Shown: piece after piece, positions 12,432 to 25,774 of the stretch | Layout: the number at the start of each line of letters is the position of its first letter | Numbering within the stretch: position 1 is the first letter of the stretch | Source: Octopus vulgaris | Taxonomy: Eukaryota | Direction: 5' to 3' | Length of the DNA: 64,000 bases | NCBI GenBank assembly: GCA_951406725.2 | Contig: OX597815.1 | Coordinates: forward strand, 155,186,001 to 155,250,000 | The notes under the pieces: model-generated | Seen by the model: the letters and a program-made list of their open reading frames with translations, nothing else | Told to the model about the DNA's origin: nothing | The model's database searches: none | Translations under genes and position numbers: made by a program

Positions 12432-13607
12432 ATTGCCAGAGATTGTATCACATTGTTTCTGAAGACCCAGTCTTCGGTGACAACATTTCGAATAATAACA
12501 GTGCCACAAAATTTTCATTTTTATTTATTTGTCTTTGGTCAGTTAGTTTTTTTGTTTTTTTCCTATTTGCTTCTATCTAGAAATCAAAGGAAATGGTTAC
12601 TCTTCCCTTCAAACATTGCTTTTGTGACCTTGACATCAACGTTTTGAAACTGACCTATTTGCCATTACACTTCTGAAATGTTTAGCAACTGCTTACGGTT
12701 AGAACTTGTTGGATCTTCAGTCTGTTCCTTCAGGGTTGACTTTCAATGAAACACAAACAAAGACGGCAAGGTTCAAGGCCATATTAGATAATGAATTGAT
12801 ACATACTGTTCAGGAGGTGAAACGGACACGATAAGCTGACCTAAATAATTACATCAACAATGAAAGGCATATATAATTTATCTCCAAATGCTTCAAAAAT
12901 CGCGACGGGCAAGAGTGAAGTGACTTTGACTAGAGGTCTACTCGATGAGGCTTGGCATGAGTTTAAGCAGCATGTCAAAATTTTGAAGTAAGGAAAGTTT
13001 ATTTGTGCTGATATAGCTTAATAATTGAAGCAGAAAGAATTAAATGTTAAAATATTTCTAAAAATAAATCGTTATGAAACAAAACGAACATCTTATTAAA
13101 TAAACAGATTTTCATGACATATGGCCAACATTTGTAAATGCCAAATTGTTTGTGATGATCACTTCACGGAAATTAAGTACATGTTTTATGTTTATGATCC
13201 CTGAGATGATTAACGGAGATCGTTGATAATTCTCACTGAGAATCCCCACCCCCTATTTCAGCATTAAAAAAGAGAAAACAACAACAAGACACCAACTGCT
13301 GCTCGAAATCTAGCTGCACTGACTTGAAGGTTTGTTAAGAAATAATTGATTTCATTGCCAGAGATTGTATCACATTGCTTCTGAAGACCCAGTCTTCGGT
13401 GACAACATTTCGAATAATAACAGTGCCACAAAATTTTCATTTTTATTTATTTGTCTTTGGTCAGTTAGTTTTTTTTTTTTCCTATTTGCTTCTATCTAGA
13501 AATCAAAGGAAATGGTTACTATTCCCTTCAAACATTGCTTTTGTGACCTTGACATCAACGTTTTGAAACTGACCTATTTGCCATTACATTTCTGAAATGT
13601 TTAGCAA
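12432..13607 (+). repeat. ~255-bp direct repeat pair (12432-12688 and 13354-13607), 665-bp spacer
   Basis: Near-identical sequence; ORFs 12453-12647 and 13375-13566 are almost the same. Confidence 0.95.
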
Positions 13608-13789
13608 AATTTCTTTCGGTTCTTTACATTCTGGGTTCAAATCATGCAGCTGTTAGCTTTACCCTTCAGTCTTTCGAGTTTGGTAAAACAAAGTATCAGT
13701 GAAGTGCAGGGGACGATGTAATCGAATCTCCTATCCTAAAATTGCTGGCATTTTGGTAAAATTTGAAACAATCATTTCATATACATATG

Positions 13790-14180
13790 GGAGAACTTAG
13801 ATGGGCTGGCATCAAACTTCAGATTGAGAGTTATACAAGCCCCTGGAAAGGGGCTGATACACCGCCCAACCAATCCCAGCTAGAGTATGGACAAGATACT
13901 GCAATATCATGCGTTTTCAAAGGACCACAGCTATTTAAAATCGCGCATAAGCACCTGAGAGATCTACATATAGTGGGGGTAGATGTTTCCAAGAAGCATC
14001 TTGACCGTCTACTATTTAACATCCGAGATGAACCTACATCAAGACTAGAAACTCAAACGGGAAAGCAATAAAAAACTTCCTCGTTCATCAAATACCAGCT
14101 ATATAGGAATAGCCATTGAAAAGGTGATGGTACTGGTTGTGCACCTGCATGGCCAATTTTTAGGCTGAAACACACAAAGT
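13790..14180 (+). mobile_element. 3' end of a CR1/Jockey-group LINE, degenerate
   Basis: FKGPQLFK..LRDLH.VGVDV.KKHLDRLL.NI.DEPT resembles CR1-group ORF2 C-termini; short 3' UTR ending gcatggcc..gctgaaac. Confidence 0.6.
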
Positions 14181-14337
14181 AATTAATATATACCAGATTT
14201 ATTATATATATATATATATATATATCGATTATCGAGTGTCCTCCTGGGGCTACAAACTACAGTAGCATCCACCCTTAGGGGTTAGCCATATTCAAATGGC
14301 AAATATACGTCATTATATATATATATATATATATATA

Positions 14338-14549
14338 CAGGGTGGCCCCAAAGTAGGTTTACAGTTATCACTTAGGCACTTTAAATTTCTTTTAAACATT
14401 TCGATACAATTAAATTTATATCTTACAATTATCTAAGTTACCATAGAATAATTGTTTCTCTTTTTTTTTATAATTAAGATCTAAACTGTTAATACATGAA
14501 TGCCAAAGAGATAGCTGAATTACTGTAAGCTAACTTTTGGGCCACTCTA
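14338..14549. mobile_element. Tc1/mariner-type MITE (~212 bp)
   Basis: Imperfect 28-bp TIRs cagggtggccccaaagtaggtttacagt / actgtaagctaacttttgggccactcta, inserted in (TA)n. Confidence 0.8.
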
Positions 14550-14588
14550 TATATGTATGTATATATATATAATATAAATAATATATAA

Positions 14589-14621
<33 letters not shown>

Positions 14622-14817
14622 CATATATACATACTTACATATATATGCATATACCTATGCATATATGGGTACAGGACGTCATAAAACGTAAACAACATAA
14701 AATACGAAAACATGGAAAACGAACTTTTTTGCGAACAACGAAAGAAACAAATGGAAAACAACACAAGTAACATAAAGGACGACGCGTCATCAGTTGTAGG
14801 CTGTTTATCTACTCCAA

Positions 14818-14900
<83 letters not shown>

Positions 14901-14904
<4 letters not shown>

Positions 14905-15749
14905 GGTTTACCCAAAAGAATTTTGCAATATTTTATTCTCTTCAGAATATTCTCCATTTGAAGCAATGCATCGGTCCAGACGGGTTTCCCACAGCTGGAA
15001 CTCTTGGAAAGTGATGTCTTTTAACGCTACCGATGATTGTTAATCTTCACCTCTTACATATCTGCAAATTCCGTAGCACAAGCTTTTGTTACCAGTGATC
15101 ACATTCCAAAAATGTCCCAGATCAATTTCCAATTGTTCTCTCGGTTCACCACACGCATTCAATCGTGACTGCGTTTGATCTAATGTGAGTAAGCGAGGCA
15201 CAAATTTTGCTGCAACTCTTTTCATTTGGAATTCCTCGCTCAAAATTCGTTGGCAGGAGCTCCAGTTCACGCCGCTTATATCAACATGTCCGTCAATTGT
15301 TCGGTGACGCTCCTCCAAGATCAGTTCATGAATTTTCATAATGTTTTCGTTCGTTTTAGAGGTCGACGGTCGTCCTGAACGATGTTGGTCTTCAAGCGGC
15401 AAGTAACCTTTTCTAAAACGTAGAAACCACTCGTAAACTTCTGTTTTGCTCATGGCAGCGGCTTTGTTGGTAGCTTCAAGCCTGAGAATTGTTTCTGCCG
15501 CTGTTTTCTTCATCAGAAAACAGAACTTCACAGAAGCACGCTGTGCCTTCGTTTCAGCCATTGCAAAACTCGACGAACACGAGCGAAGCACTGCAAAACA
15601 AGGATGCACCACGTGACAGTACGAAGTTACAGGACGACGTCGTTGAGCAGACTGGCGCCTGATGGTTGCATGAAGTGTTTTCCAATGGTGGAACTACAAT
15701 AGGCTTGTCCCACAGAGAACGTTTCCGGTTACTTTTGGGTACCTCCCCG
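14901..15749 (-). mobile_element. Internally deleted mariner; N-terminal HTH half of the transposase (ORF 15040-15612)
   Basis: QRASVKFCF..KTAAET..SKTEVYEWF.RF..G...LED..RSGRPSTS, AAKFVPRLLT and a degenerate ITGDE. TIRs (t/c)g.gg..tacccaaaag with TA flanks. Most of the catalytic domain is missing. Confidence 0.9.
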
Positions 15750-15775
15750 TATATTATACACATAAACATACATAC

Positions 15776-15807
<32 letters not shown>

Positions 15808-15924
15808 GTATATATATGTATATATATGTGTATATATATATATACATATATATACATATATATACATATATATATATATATACATATATGTACATATATA
15901 TACATACACACACGCACACACATA

Positions 15925-15998
<74 letters not shown>

Positions 15999-17357
15999 TA
16001 TGTATGTATGTATGTATATGCGAATATACAAGTACTGAAATACGGTTATCATTTTAAAGTAAGTTTATAAGTTTATGAGTAAAAATTGAACACTTACTAA
16101 TAAGCTGACTCTATAGTAGCAGTATTAGGAGGATCGCGTTGACTGGAACTTCATTACGCCCACAGACACAAACACACATACACGCACATGCACGCACACA
16201 CATATGTAGACATATATACCTATATTTGTATATTTGATATCAAATATTAATTTGTCGTCAACTTCTCAATAATATATTAACATATGAAAACTTCAGAGTA
16301 AAAACGACGTATTTTATTTATCTATATTTAATAATGACAACAGCAACAGCAGAAGCAGCAAAAACAACAACAACAACAGCAATAACAACAACAATAATAA
16401 CAACAACAATAACAGTAACAATAATAATAACAACAATAACGATAACGATTACAATAACAACGGTAGTAATAATAATTTTAACAAGTAAATCGTTTGACAA
16501 AAAATTAAAATCCGTTTCTAGTGCCATCATGAGGTAAATATCAATACGATCTTCGTGAAAAATAATCTTTTTTTTTTTAACGATTTATTGAAAATATAAA
16601 TAAAAAAAAGAATAGAACAATTTTAATCATGCAAAATCAACCATAAATAAACATATTTATGAACTGTTGGCTTATTTGTTTGTTTGTCAGTTTGTTTGTT
16701 TGCTTTTAAATATTTATTAAATGTAGGCTGAGCCAGGTTATAGTATTCAGAAATATGAAGAATTATATTTAAAAGAAAATAAATTTTGTTACAAGAATTT
16801 TCAATTTTTTTTCCTTCTATTAAGTGTAATAAATGTTGATCAGTTGATTCACAGAATCTTGAGTGTCAGTAATACCAATTATTAAACTCAATTCAAATAA
16901 CCAGTTTGTTTCTAGAGATGAAATAAAATAACGTTAAATTATATACCTACGGGCAGTTGAAGCGAATATGATGCTTCGTAAAAGCTGGAGAATGTGAATA
17001 GGGAGGGGAAATGCATAATAATTTTTATTGCCGTATTAATTCAGATAGGAAATGGAAAGTGAAAAAAACAAAAAGATAAAATTAGTGAGGAAACTGAGAG
17101 GATCATATCATTGATATTTCCTCAATTGATGTGTAAAATTGAAAGTGTGGTAAGAGAAAGATGTTAATGATTTGTGCAACATACACACACACACACACAT
17201 ATATGAAGAGTAAAAGAAGGGGTGGTGTATGTGCGTGTGTGCAAGGCTATATGGTTGAGAAGTTAGCATCAAAGCCACGCGGTTTCTAGTTGAGTTCCAA
17301 TGCGTGTTAGCCACAGACCACCGATGGCTTGTGAGTAAATTTGGAAGACGGAAACTC

Positions 17358-17388
<31 letters not shown>

Positions 17389-18481
17389 CCCTTGTGTGTG
17401 TGTGTGTGCTTGTGTGTGTGCGCGCTTGTGTGTGTGTGTGTGCTTGTGTGTGTATGAATATGACATAAGCCAAATGATATAAAGTAACAAGTACACGAAA
17501 GATATAGAAGAAATCGTAAACGGAGAGCTGGACAATCAAATATTTCACTATTTAAGGAATCTAGAAGTTGAAAACTAGTATAATAAGAATGCTGATGGCA
17601 TAATGTATCATGCTATTCAAACGACACCTAACGCCTCGAATAAGATACATAACTACGTTAGAGGGTATGGATAAAAAGAAGTTACGAAGTATTATTCGGA
17701 GCGAATTAAGTAACTGGTTTACAATATGGAAATTTGTTTCTAATATGATCGGCGCATTCCACCCTAAGTTCATGAGACTTATTAAAGATATTACCTGGAC
17801 ATTTAGGTATTTCCCATAATTCAGTGCAGCAAAGAATGCATCCATACCTATCATTTGAGTAGGGTAATGCATTCTTTATTGTGCTTTAGGTAATTTGGTA
17901 TTTAAATTTTTGGTCTTTTAATACCAAACATTTTTCTGCGAGTTACGTAACCACAGCATTTGTAGGATTATTGAAAGATTAAGAATGACTGTAATATCTC
18001 CGCTTGAATTAGCATGAAGTGGAACAGATAAAAGTACTCACGTAAGTTATGTCACATCTATACATAGTATTTTTAGTTGAACATAAACTATTTAGAGGAC
18101 ATAGAAATATGTTTAACACTTACATAATTTAAGACATGTATGGCCGATGGTGCTTCAAGAGTTATTGAAGGACTATAGAGAGATACGACTATTGTTAGAT
18201 TTGACAGAACTATCCGAATTATCTGGACTTACATAAGAAACAGTGGTTTTATCATTACCCGCTCAACACTAATACATAAACTGTGGAAATTAAAGTAGTT
18301 ATTATGATCATTAATAGTTACATAATCTACATTTACACTAGAACTGGTGCGACTGTTATTGTTAAGGTTAATTATTTCCCCGTTATGCCTGCCACTACTA
18401 ATGTTATAAAGGTGGTTAGTAATATTACATGTAGAGATGTCATATTTAGATGTTGAAAAAGGCTGCTGACAGACAGTATCG

Positions 18482-18553
18482 TGACTGCTAGTTTTGGTTA
18501 CTTGACTGCTAGTTTTGGTTACTTGACTGCTAGTTTTGGTTACTTGACTGCTA
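18482..18553. repeat. 21-bp perfect tandem repeat x3.4 (tgactgctagttttggttact)
   Basis: Directly visible. Confidence 0.95.
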
Positions 18554-18639
18554 CAATGAGCCCCATTACAATGGCTAATGATACGATTGCTCCAGCGACG
18601 GTCATGGCAGTAAGTGTTAGAGTTAGAATTATCATTGTA

Positions 18640-18808
18640 TATACATTATTTACATTATTTACTTTTGACGGATATTTGTCCTCATCTTTTTTGTTAACAC
18701 AACGTTTCGGTTGATATACCCTCCAGCCCTCATCAGGTGACTTAGGGAAATTTTGAACCTGGGTTCTCATCCCTATGGTATTTTTCGATATTATTATTAT
18801 TCTTATTC

Positions 18809-18849
<41 letters not shown>

Positions 18850-18977
18850 GTTGTTGTTGTTGTTGTTGTTGTTGTTATTATTCAGGTCACTGGCTGGAAT
18901 CGAACTCGGAATCTTGGGGTTAGTAGCCCGCGCTCTTAACCACTATGACATATGTCCGTGGGAAATTATGGAGCGAA
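18640..18977 (-). mobile_element. tRNA-headed element with (TAA)n linker and minimal hammerhead-like motif (left arm of inverted pair)
   Basis: Reverse complement of 18987-19345; A/B-box-like head; hammerhead core at 18696-18741. Confidence 0.8.
18696..18741 (-). ncRNA. Putative minimal type I hammerhead ribozyme
   Basis: Minus strand reads gtcac-CTGATGA-gggctggagggtatatcaacc-GAAA-cg-TT-gtgtt: conserved core, stem I cac/gtg, short stem II, palindromic ACGT in place of stem III. Confidence 0.6.
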
Positions 18978-18986
18978 GCCCTAAAA

Positions 18987-19077
18987 TTCACTCCATAATT
19001 GCCCATAGGCATATGGCGTAGTGGCTGAGAATTAGGGCTACTAACCCCAAGATTCCGAGTTCGATTCCAGGCAGTGA

Positions 19078-19119
<42 letters not shown>

Positions 19120-19345
19120 TAATAATGATAATAATAATAATAAGAAGAAGAATAATAATAACAATATCGAAAAATATCTTAGAAATAAGAACCCAGGTTC
19201 GAAATTTCCCCAAGACACCTGATGAAGGTTAGAGGGTATATCAGCCGAAACGTGTTAAAAACAAACAAGATGAGGACAAATATCCATCAAATGTAAATGA
19301 GGACAAATATCATCAAATGTAAATAATGTCGATAATGTACATAAT
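18987..19345 (+). mobile_element. tRNA-headed element with (TAA)n linker and minimal hammerhead-like motif (right arm of inverted pair)
   Basis: A-box TGGCGTAGTGG, loop CTACTAA, B-box GAGTTCGATTCC, (TAA)n 19082-19163, CTGATGA 19219-19225, GAAA 19247-19250. Confidence 0.8.
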
Positions 19346-19720
19346 TCTTCATCTCTTAAATATATCATTGTGTATCATTGTGTATGTCATTATGTTTATC
19401 CCCCACACTCTTTATCAATTGGGGTAACTTAGTGGTTCGGCAAAAAGTGACCGACAGATTAAGTACCATATTTTGAAAGAATTCAAGAATGTAAAATGTA
19501 TTCCAGAAATGATAGACTGCCTTCAGGTATTTGGTACAGCTCTTTGCGTTCTCAATTTGCTTATGATGACTCTTAGCGTTTGCGTAACAACAGTGGTGTG
19601 GGATGGGGTGGCGTGGTAGAAATTACTGCGGGAATGTCTGTTGGTGTTCCATGGTAATTATACATACGTGTATATGTGTATATGTGTGTGCGTGCGTATG
19701 TTTAAATATGTAACTATATG

Positions 19721-19766
<46 letters not shown>

Positions 19767-19768
19767 CA

Positions 19769-19823
<55 letters not shown>

Positions 19824-19857
19824 TTGTATGTATGTATGTATATGAAATAAAACAAAT

Positions 19858-20084
19858 AAATGCGCCCTTTTAAAATCTAGCCAGGCTCATGGGCCCGGTT
19901 TCAATGGCGTATGTGTTCCCCAGCTGGACGAGACGTCAGTCTATCGCAGCGTTACTCATTTTTGCCAGCTGAGTGGACTGGAGCAACGTGAAATGAAGTG
20001 TTTTGCTCAAGAACACAACGCGTCGCCCGGTCCAGGAATCGAAACCACAATCTTACGATCATGATGCTGACACCCACGCGCCTC

Positions 20085-20085
<1 letters not shown>
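19858..20085 (-). mobile_element. tRNA-derived SINE (family M) with conserved central domain
   Basis: B-box ggtttcgattcc; core ttcttgagcaaaacacttcatttcacgttgctccagtccactcagctg shared with the 24144 and 63682 copies. Confidence 0.75.
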
Positions 20086-20122
<37 letters not shown>

Positions 20123-20382
20123 GATATATATATATATATATATATGATAACAAAGGGTAAAATTAATTAATTAAGAAGTAATCAGTAATTTCACCAAGTA
20201 GAATTCGGCATGAAAAAGACCTTTCATGGTAAGCTTAAGTAATACTTTATAATTAGGGTTCAGCAAAGATTTGCTTCACCACATACCGAAGTTAAGAAAT
20301 AGCAATCAAAAAATCTTAGCTATTCCTTCTACTTTAAAAGGGGCTCCTAGAAAAACCTAAGTACTTTATATTTATGTATATG

Positions 20383-20598
<216 letters not shown>

Positions 20599-21994
20599 GT
20601 GTTGTAAGTAGTTTGCTTCTCAACCACATGGCTATGGGCTATGGGCTATGGGTTCACTCCCCCTGCATAGTATCAGAATTATCATCCCATGAACGCCAAG
20701 AAGTCAATCGTTGAGAAGTGAAAATATATGACTGGGAAAGTTATAGAGGCGAGAGCTCTATGCTGCTTCTGTGAATAATCTTTCTTTCCTGGAGGGATGG
20801 GAGTTGAAGATTCTTAATTTGTTTGGTCAAGAGCAAGTGAGTGCTCCTAGTGTTTCGCAAGTCCCCCCGAGACAGCTGAGACTGCCATTTTCAGCATTCG
20901 ACTTCAACGGTCGTTCCAAGTCGACGCCTGCAGGAAACTGTTGACTGAAGTGTAAATCTTTGCATAGCAACACAAATATTAACGCGGTCAAACAGGCATG
21001 ACCATGACATAAGAGTGTTGTGTTTTTCTTTTTTGGATATCTTCAATACGCTTCTATTAAGAATTGATTTAACACAATGATTATTCGAATTTAATGAACC
21101 CCAAAGCAATGGACTGGAACTTTCAGTTGAATTTATAAGAATTATTTTACACGTTTTGTAAAATAATTAGAGAGGTGGTTTTGTATTTTTTTAAAGAGAT
21201 TCTGAACAATATGAATAATGCGGCATTATTTTTTTTATTTGATCTTTTAGTTTCAGCACACTGTATTAATTATGTAGATGATTAGTAGAATCATTAAATT
21301 TTAAGAATTCTTAAGATATTTTTTATGTCATTCGATATTCTAAATTTTCGATTTTTTCAGTTAATGGTTGAGATTTGATTTTCATCTCATCAAATGAAAT
21401 TGAAACTTGAATAATACATACATTTCAATTACAATTATGAATATAATTTCATATGTTAAACTTCATGATGCTTGCTTGACTTTGAGGGCTAATCCTATTT
21501 ATATATGAAGAACATCGGTTAACCACACAATGACATTTTCTTTGTTATCGATTGCATAAGTTCAAATCTTACCGAAAATGCATTGTATTATGTCAGTGAG
21601 AGAGGCTTATAAACCCGTTTCTTTATTCAGGACAGTAAGCTTTCTCATTCATAGTCGAATTGATTGTTATAGGTAGAAAGGAATGTAAAAGCATTTCTTC
21701 CAATAAAAAAAAACATACTTTTACAAACTCATTAGAACTTAATTCATGGTTGAATTGTTACGAATAGAAAAGGGTGTAAAACATTTTTTTCTAATAAACG
21801 AACTTTCTGATCATTTCACGCATGTTTGGAACATATTTAACCTATAAAACGGTCACTTTCATTGCAGTTTGCCACGGAGGAAGATTCTCACTTCAGGCAA
21901 AAGGTAAAAGCACAAAAACAATTTGATGGCCTCCCACTGTGGACTAGAGTATGCATTTCAAGCTACTTATGATCTCATCAATATTAGATATCAA

Positions 21995-22197
21995 GAATCT
22001 TTAGCACGCTTGGAAAAATGCTTAGCGGCATTTCGTCCGTTTTTACGTCCTGAGTTCAAATTCTGTCGAGGTCGACTTTGCCTTTCATCCTCCTTTGGTC
22101 GATAAAATAAGTAGCTGTTGGGTACTGGGGCTGATGCAATCGACTTATCCCCTCCCGGAAACTGCTGTTCTTACGCCAACATTTGAAACCAATATTA
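21995..22197 (+). mobile_element. Family N SINE
   Basis: gagttcaaattctgtcgaggtcgactttgcctttcatcc..ggtcgataaaataagta core. Confidence 0.8.
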
Positions 22198-23005
22198 GAT
22201 AACAAGTGGGAAAATGACAAAATGATTGAAACTTTCCTTTTCCCTTATGAGAAATCAGTACATATAATCCGCTGAGAGCTGCAGCCACCAGGCCGGAGCA
22301 AAAATCCTGGTTTTAACGTGAAACTGTTATGAAACAAAAAATTTCCATTACTTTAAATATTTTTGGGAGATATTTGACATACCAAAGCATAATTTCACAA
22401 AGATTTGCTATGGGGAAAAGGTCTCGCTTTAGGCAAAACGTGTAAAGTTCACAAAAGGTGTTCTAATAAAAACTATGCATTTACAGCCTCGACAGACGCT
22501 AATTCATGGTTGAATTCTAAACATATAAAATAATGGAAAGAGTTTGACCTGATTAAAGACTATGCTTTTACAGACTCGTAAGAAGTTAATTCTTTGTTGA
22601 AATGTTACAGATAGAAATGAATATAAAGACATTTGTTCAAATAGAAACGTGTTTTAACGTGGTCCTCCGGAGTGACGTGCTGCCAGCGTATGTACTGAAA
22701 TGCACATAACCAAAAGTAGACTTTGTTACTTATCGCATTTTCTAAATAAATAGTTGTAAGTTGCAGTCATTCTCCGTGGAAAAGATGGATTAAATATAAT
22801 GACGAGCTTCTAACAACAGGCGAAACCAATCGCATTGCTAATCCATTCAAGAGACGGAAAAGCAGCGAGATAGCGTGGAGAGAGAAGTCGAGATAATAGG
22901 TATGACGACAGAAAAGGAGGAGAGAAAGAGAAACCTGAAATGTGACTGTTACATTCATTTTGCTAATAAGCCTAGAAATATCATTCAGCGTATAAATACA
23001 CGTTG

Positions 23006-23490
<485 letters not shown>

Positions 23491-24045
23491 GCGTTACTGT
23501 AACTGCTTAATCAATATATATGATCTATATATGTAAGAGCTAACACTCTCCATTGTATCTTACAATAGCATTTTTAAGCCGAAATATTGAACAATAAGGT
23601 AAAAGTACAAACCTATATTTTTATCTTTTTCCTTTGCCTTCGCACATTTATTTCCAGTCGGCATAGTAGTTGTTTTGTGAAACATTTCTAATCCAGTTTC
23701 ACAATGCTTTATATAAACTATACTATTTTAACGGTATTCAGTACCTCAAAAGAAAAAAAAAACAATATTTCAAACTGAATTTCAAATTATTTGGTGTTTT
23801 GCGAAGTGAATCTTTGCACATAAATAAGGAACTATTTTGTCGAAGTATTTATTAATTTTTGACTATTTTTAAACATATCTGACGTCTAAACAGTCCACAA
23901 AGACTTCTTGATTGTACATATATGTACGTACGTAGGTATGTACGTACATACATACATGTATTTATATGTGTCTGTATTCGTGACGTATGTGTGTATATGT
24001 AAATGCACATTTGAATTTATGTGTGTATACATTTATTTATATATA

Positions 24046-24100
<55 letters not shown>

Positions 24101-24143
24101 GTATTATGTATGTATATGTGTACGTATGCTTTATGTTTATGTG

Positions 24144-24469
24144 AAGGCGCATGGCTCAGTGGTTAGAGAGTCCAGCTTACGATCATAAGGTTGTGAGTTC
24201 GAATCCCGGACTGGGTTGCATGTTGTGATCTTGAGCAAGACACTTTATTTCACGTTGCTCCAGTTCACTCAGCTGTAAAATGAGTTGCGGCGTCACAGGT
24301 GCCAAGCTGTATCTGCTTTTTCCTTGGATAACACTGGTGGCGTGGAGAGGACAGGCCGGTATGCATGGGCGACTGCTGGTCTTCCATAAACAACTTTGCC
24401 CGGACTTGTGCCTGGGAGGGTAACTTTCTAGATGCGATCCAACGGTCAGTCATGACCGAAGGGTGTCTC
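24144..24469 (+). mobile_element. tRNA-derived SINE (family M head, different 3' body)
   Basis: A-box tggctcagtgg, B-box gagttcgaatcc, core cttgagcaagacactttatttcacgttgctccag. Confidence 0.8.
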
Positions 24470-24744
24470 AATATGCTTTATGTTTGCAGTCATTTGTATA
24501 TGTGTGCGCGTATGCGCATTCATTCTTATTCTTCTTTAAGAAGACTTAAATTACTATTATAATATAATATGGAAATCATGATCTCAACTATATTATATAG
24601 TGTTCTGGGATTCCACTCCCGAGCGAGAAGACTAGGGATTTGATGGTATTTTCTGTTGAAAACCACACGATTCTGACTTCTGCAACAAAAGACCCGCTCT
24701 CTGTATTTTCAAAAATTTCAGCTTTGGTCCCAGCTGAATTTGAT

Positions 24745-25098
24745 TAGTCCCACTGCGTGGGACCTCGGATAAATGTATTCTACTATAGCCTCGGGCAGAT
24801 CAAAACCTTGTGAATGGATTTGGTAGACGGAAAGTGAAAGAAGCCCGTCGTATATATGTATATGTATATATGTGTGTGTGTTTTTTTGTGTGTCTGTGTT
24901 TGTCCCCACAACATCACTTGACAACCGATGCTGGTGTGTTTACGTCCCCGTAACTTAGCGGTTCGGCTAAAGAGACCGATAGAATAAATATTAAGCTTTC
25001 AAAGAATAAGTCCTGGGATCGATTTGCTCGACTACGGGCGGTGCTCCAGCATGGCCGCAGTCAATGATTGAAACAAATAAAAGAGAGTAAAAGAGAGT
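24745..25098 (+). mobile_element. Family A SINE, 5'-truncated
   Basis: Matches 28263-28684 from agtcccactgcgtgg to the aaaagagagt tail. Confidence 0.85.
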
Positions 25099-25774
25099 GA
25101 GGGAAAACTGCTCCGAAAGGCCAGCCTTAGATTCGCTAGTAAGGTGGAACTTGTAAACCTTTGAGAACTGATCAGCATAAGTTGGACTCGTTTTGTGCAA
25201 ACAATCCAGACATCAGTAAACAGCATTTCATAGATACTTAGATACTTAGCTTTATTTTTTTATTTTGTAATCAGCGGCAATTGAACAATTTGCCTGTATA
25301 TCAGTACTTAATTTCAATTTCGGATTGAGATGCTCTGGAACCTTCTTGCGAAATGATAGCAAACTTGATACTGAAGGGAGCTACCAAATAATAATCTTGT
25401 TTCACACCATTTGTGACAGAGCGGATAGAGAAAACTTCATAACTCCTAACACCCTAATATCACCAGGAAATTGTACTTCCAAAACACAGGCGTTCGTGGA
25501 CAACTATGTTTGACAAGGGTTCTCATTAAACCAAAGTGAGAAGCTATATACAAAAGCCTTCCTCAGATCAGCAAAAATCAAGAACATGGATTGATTTGGC
25601 TCTTTACACTTCTACTGAAGCAGTCTTTCTGCAAGGATCGCGTTAGAAATGCAATTTTAAGAACGGGTGTTTCACTTTCTGGAAAAGAAATGTACGTTTA
25701 ACTGCCATTAAACCATCCAAGTGGACGACACCAGGACTGGCTTCATGAAAATAATCAAGAAATCCGATGTCTTC

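Noticed and set aside
14780-14820. Isolated CTGATGA on the minus strand
   Set aside because: No supportable stem II/GAAA arrangement; sequence is truncated by (TA)n.
15040-15612. Host SETMAR gene
   Set aside because: No SET domain; bounded by TIRs with an internal deletion, so it is a mariner remnant.
18482-18553. CRISPR-like array
   Set aside because: Contiguous 21-bp units without spacers, eukaryotic context, no cas genes.
19007-19082. tRNA gene with ACT anticodon
   Set aside because: T-stem and acceptor stem pair poorly and it is embedded in a repeated element; treated as a SINE-type head.
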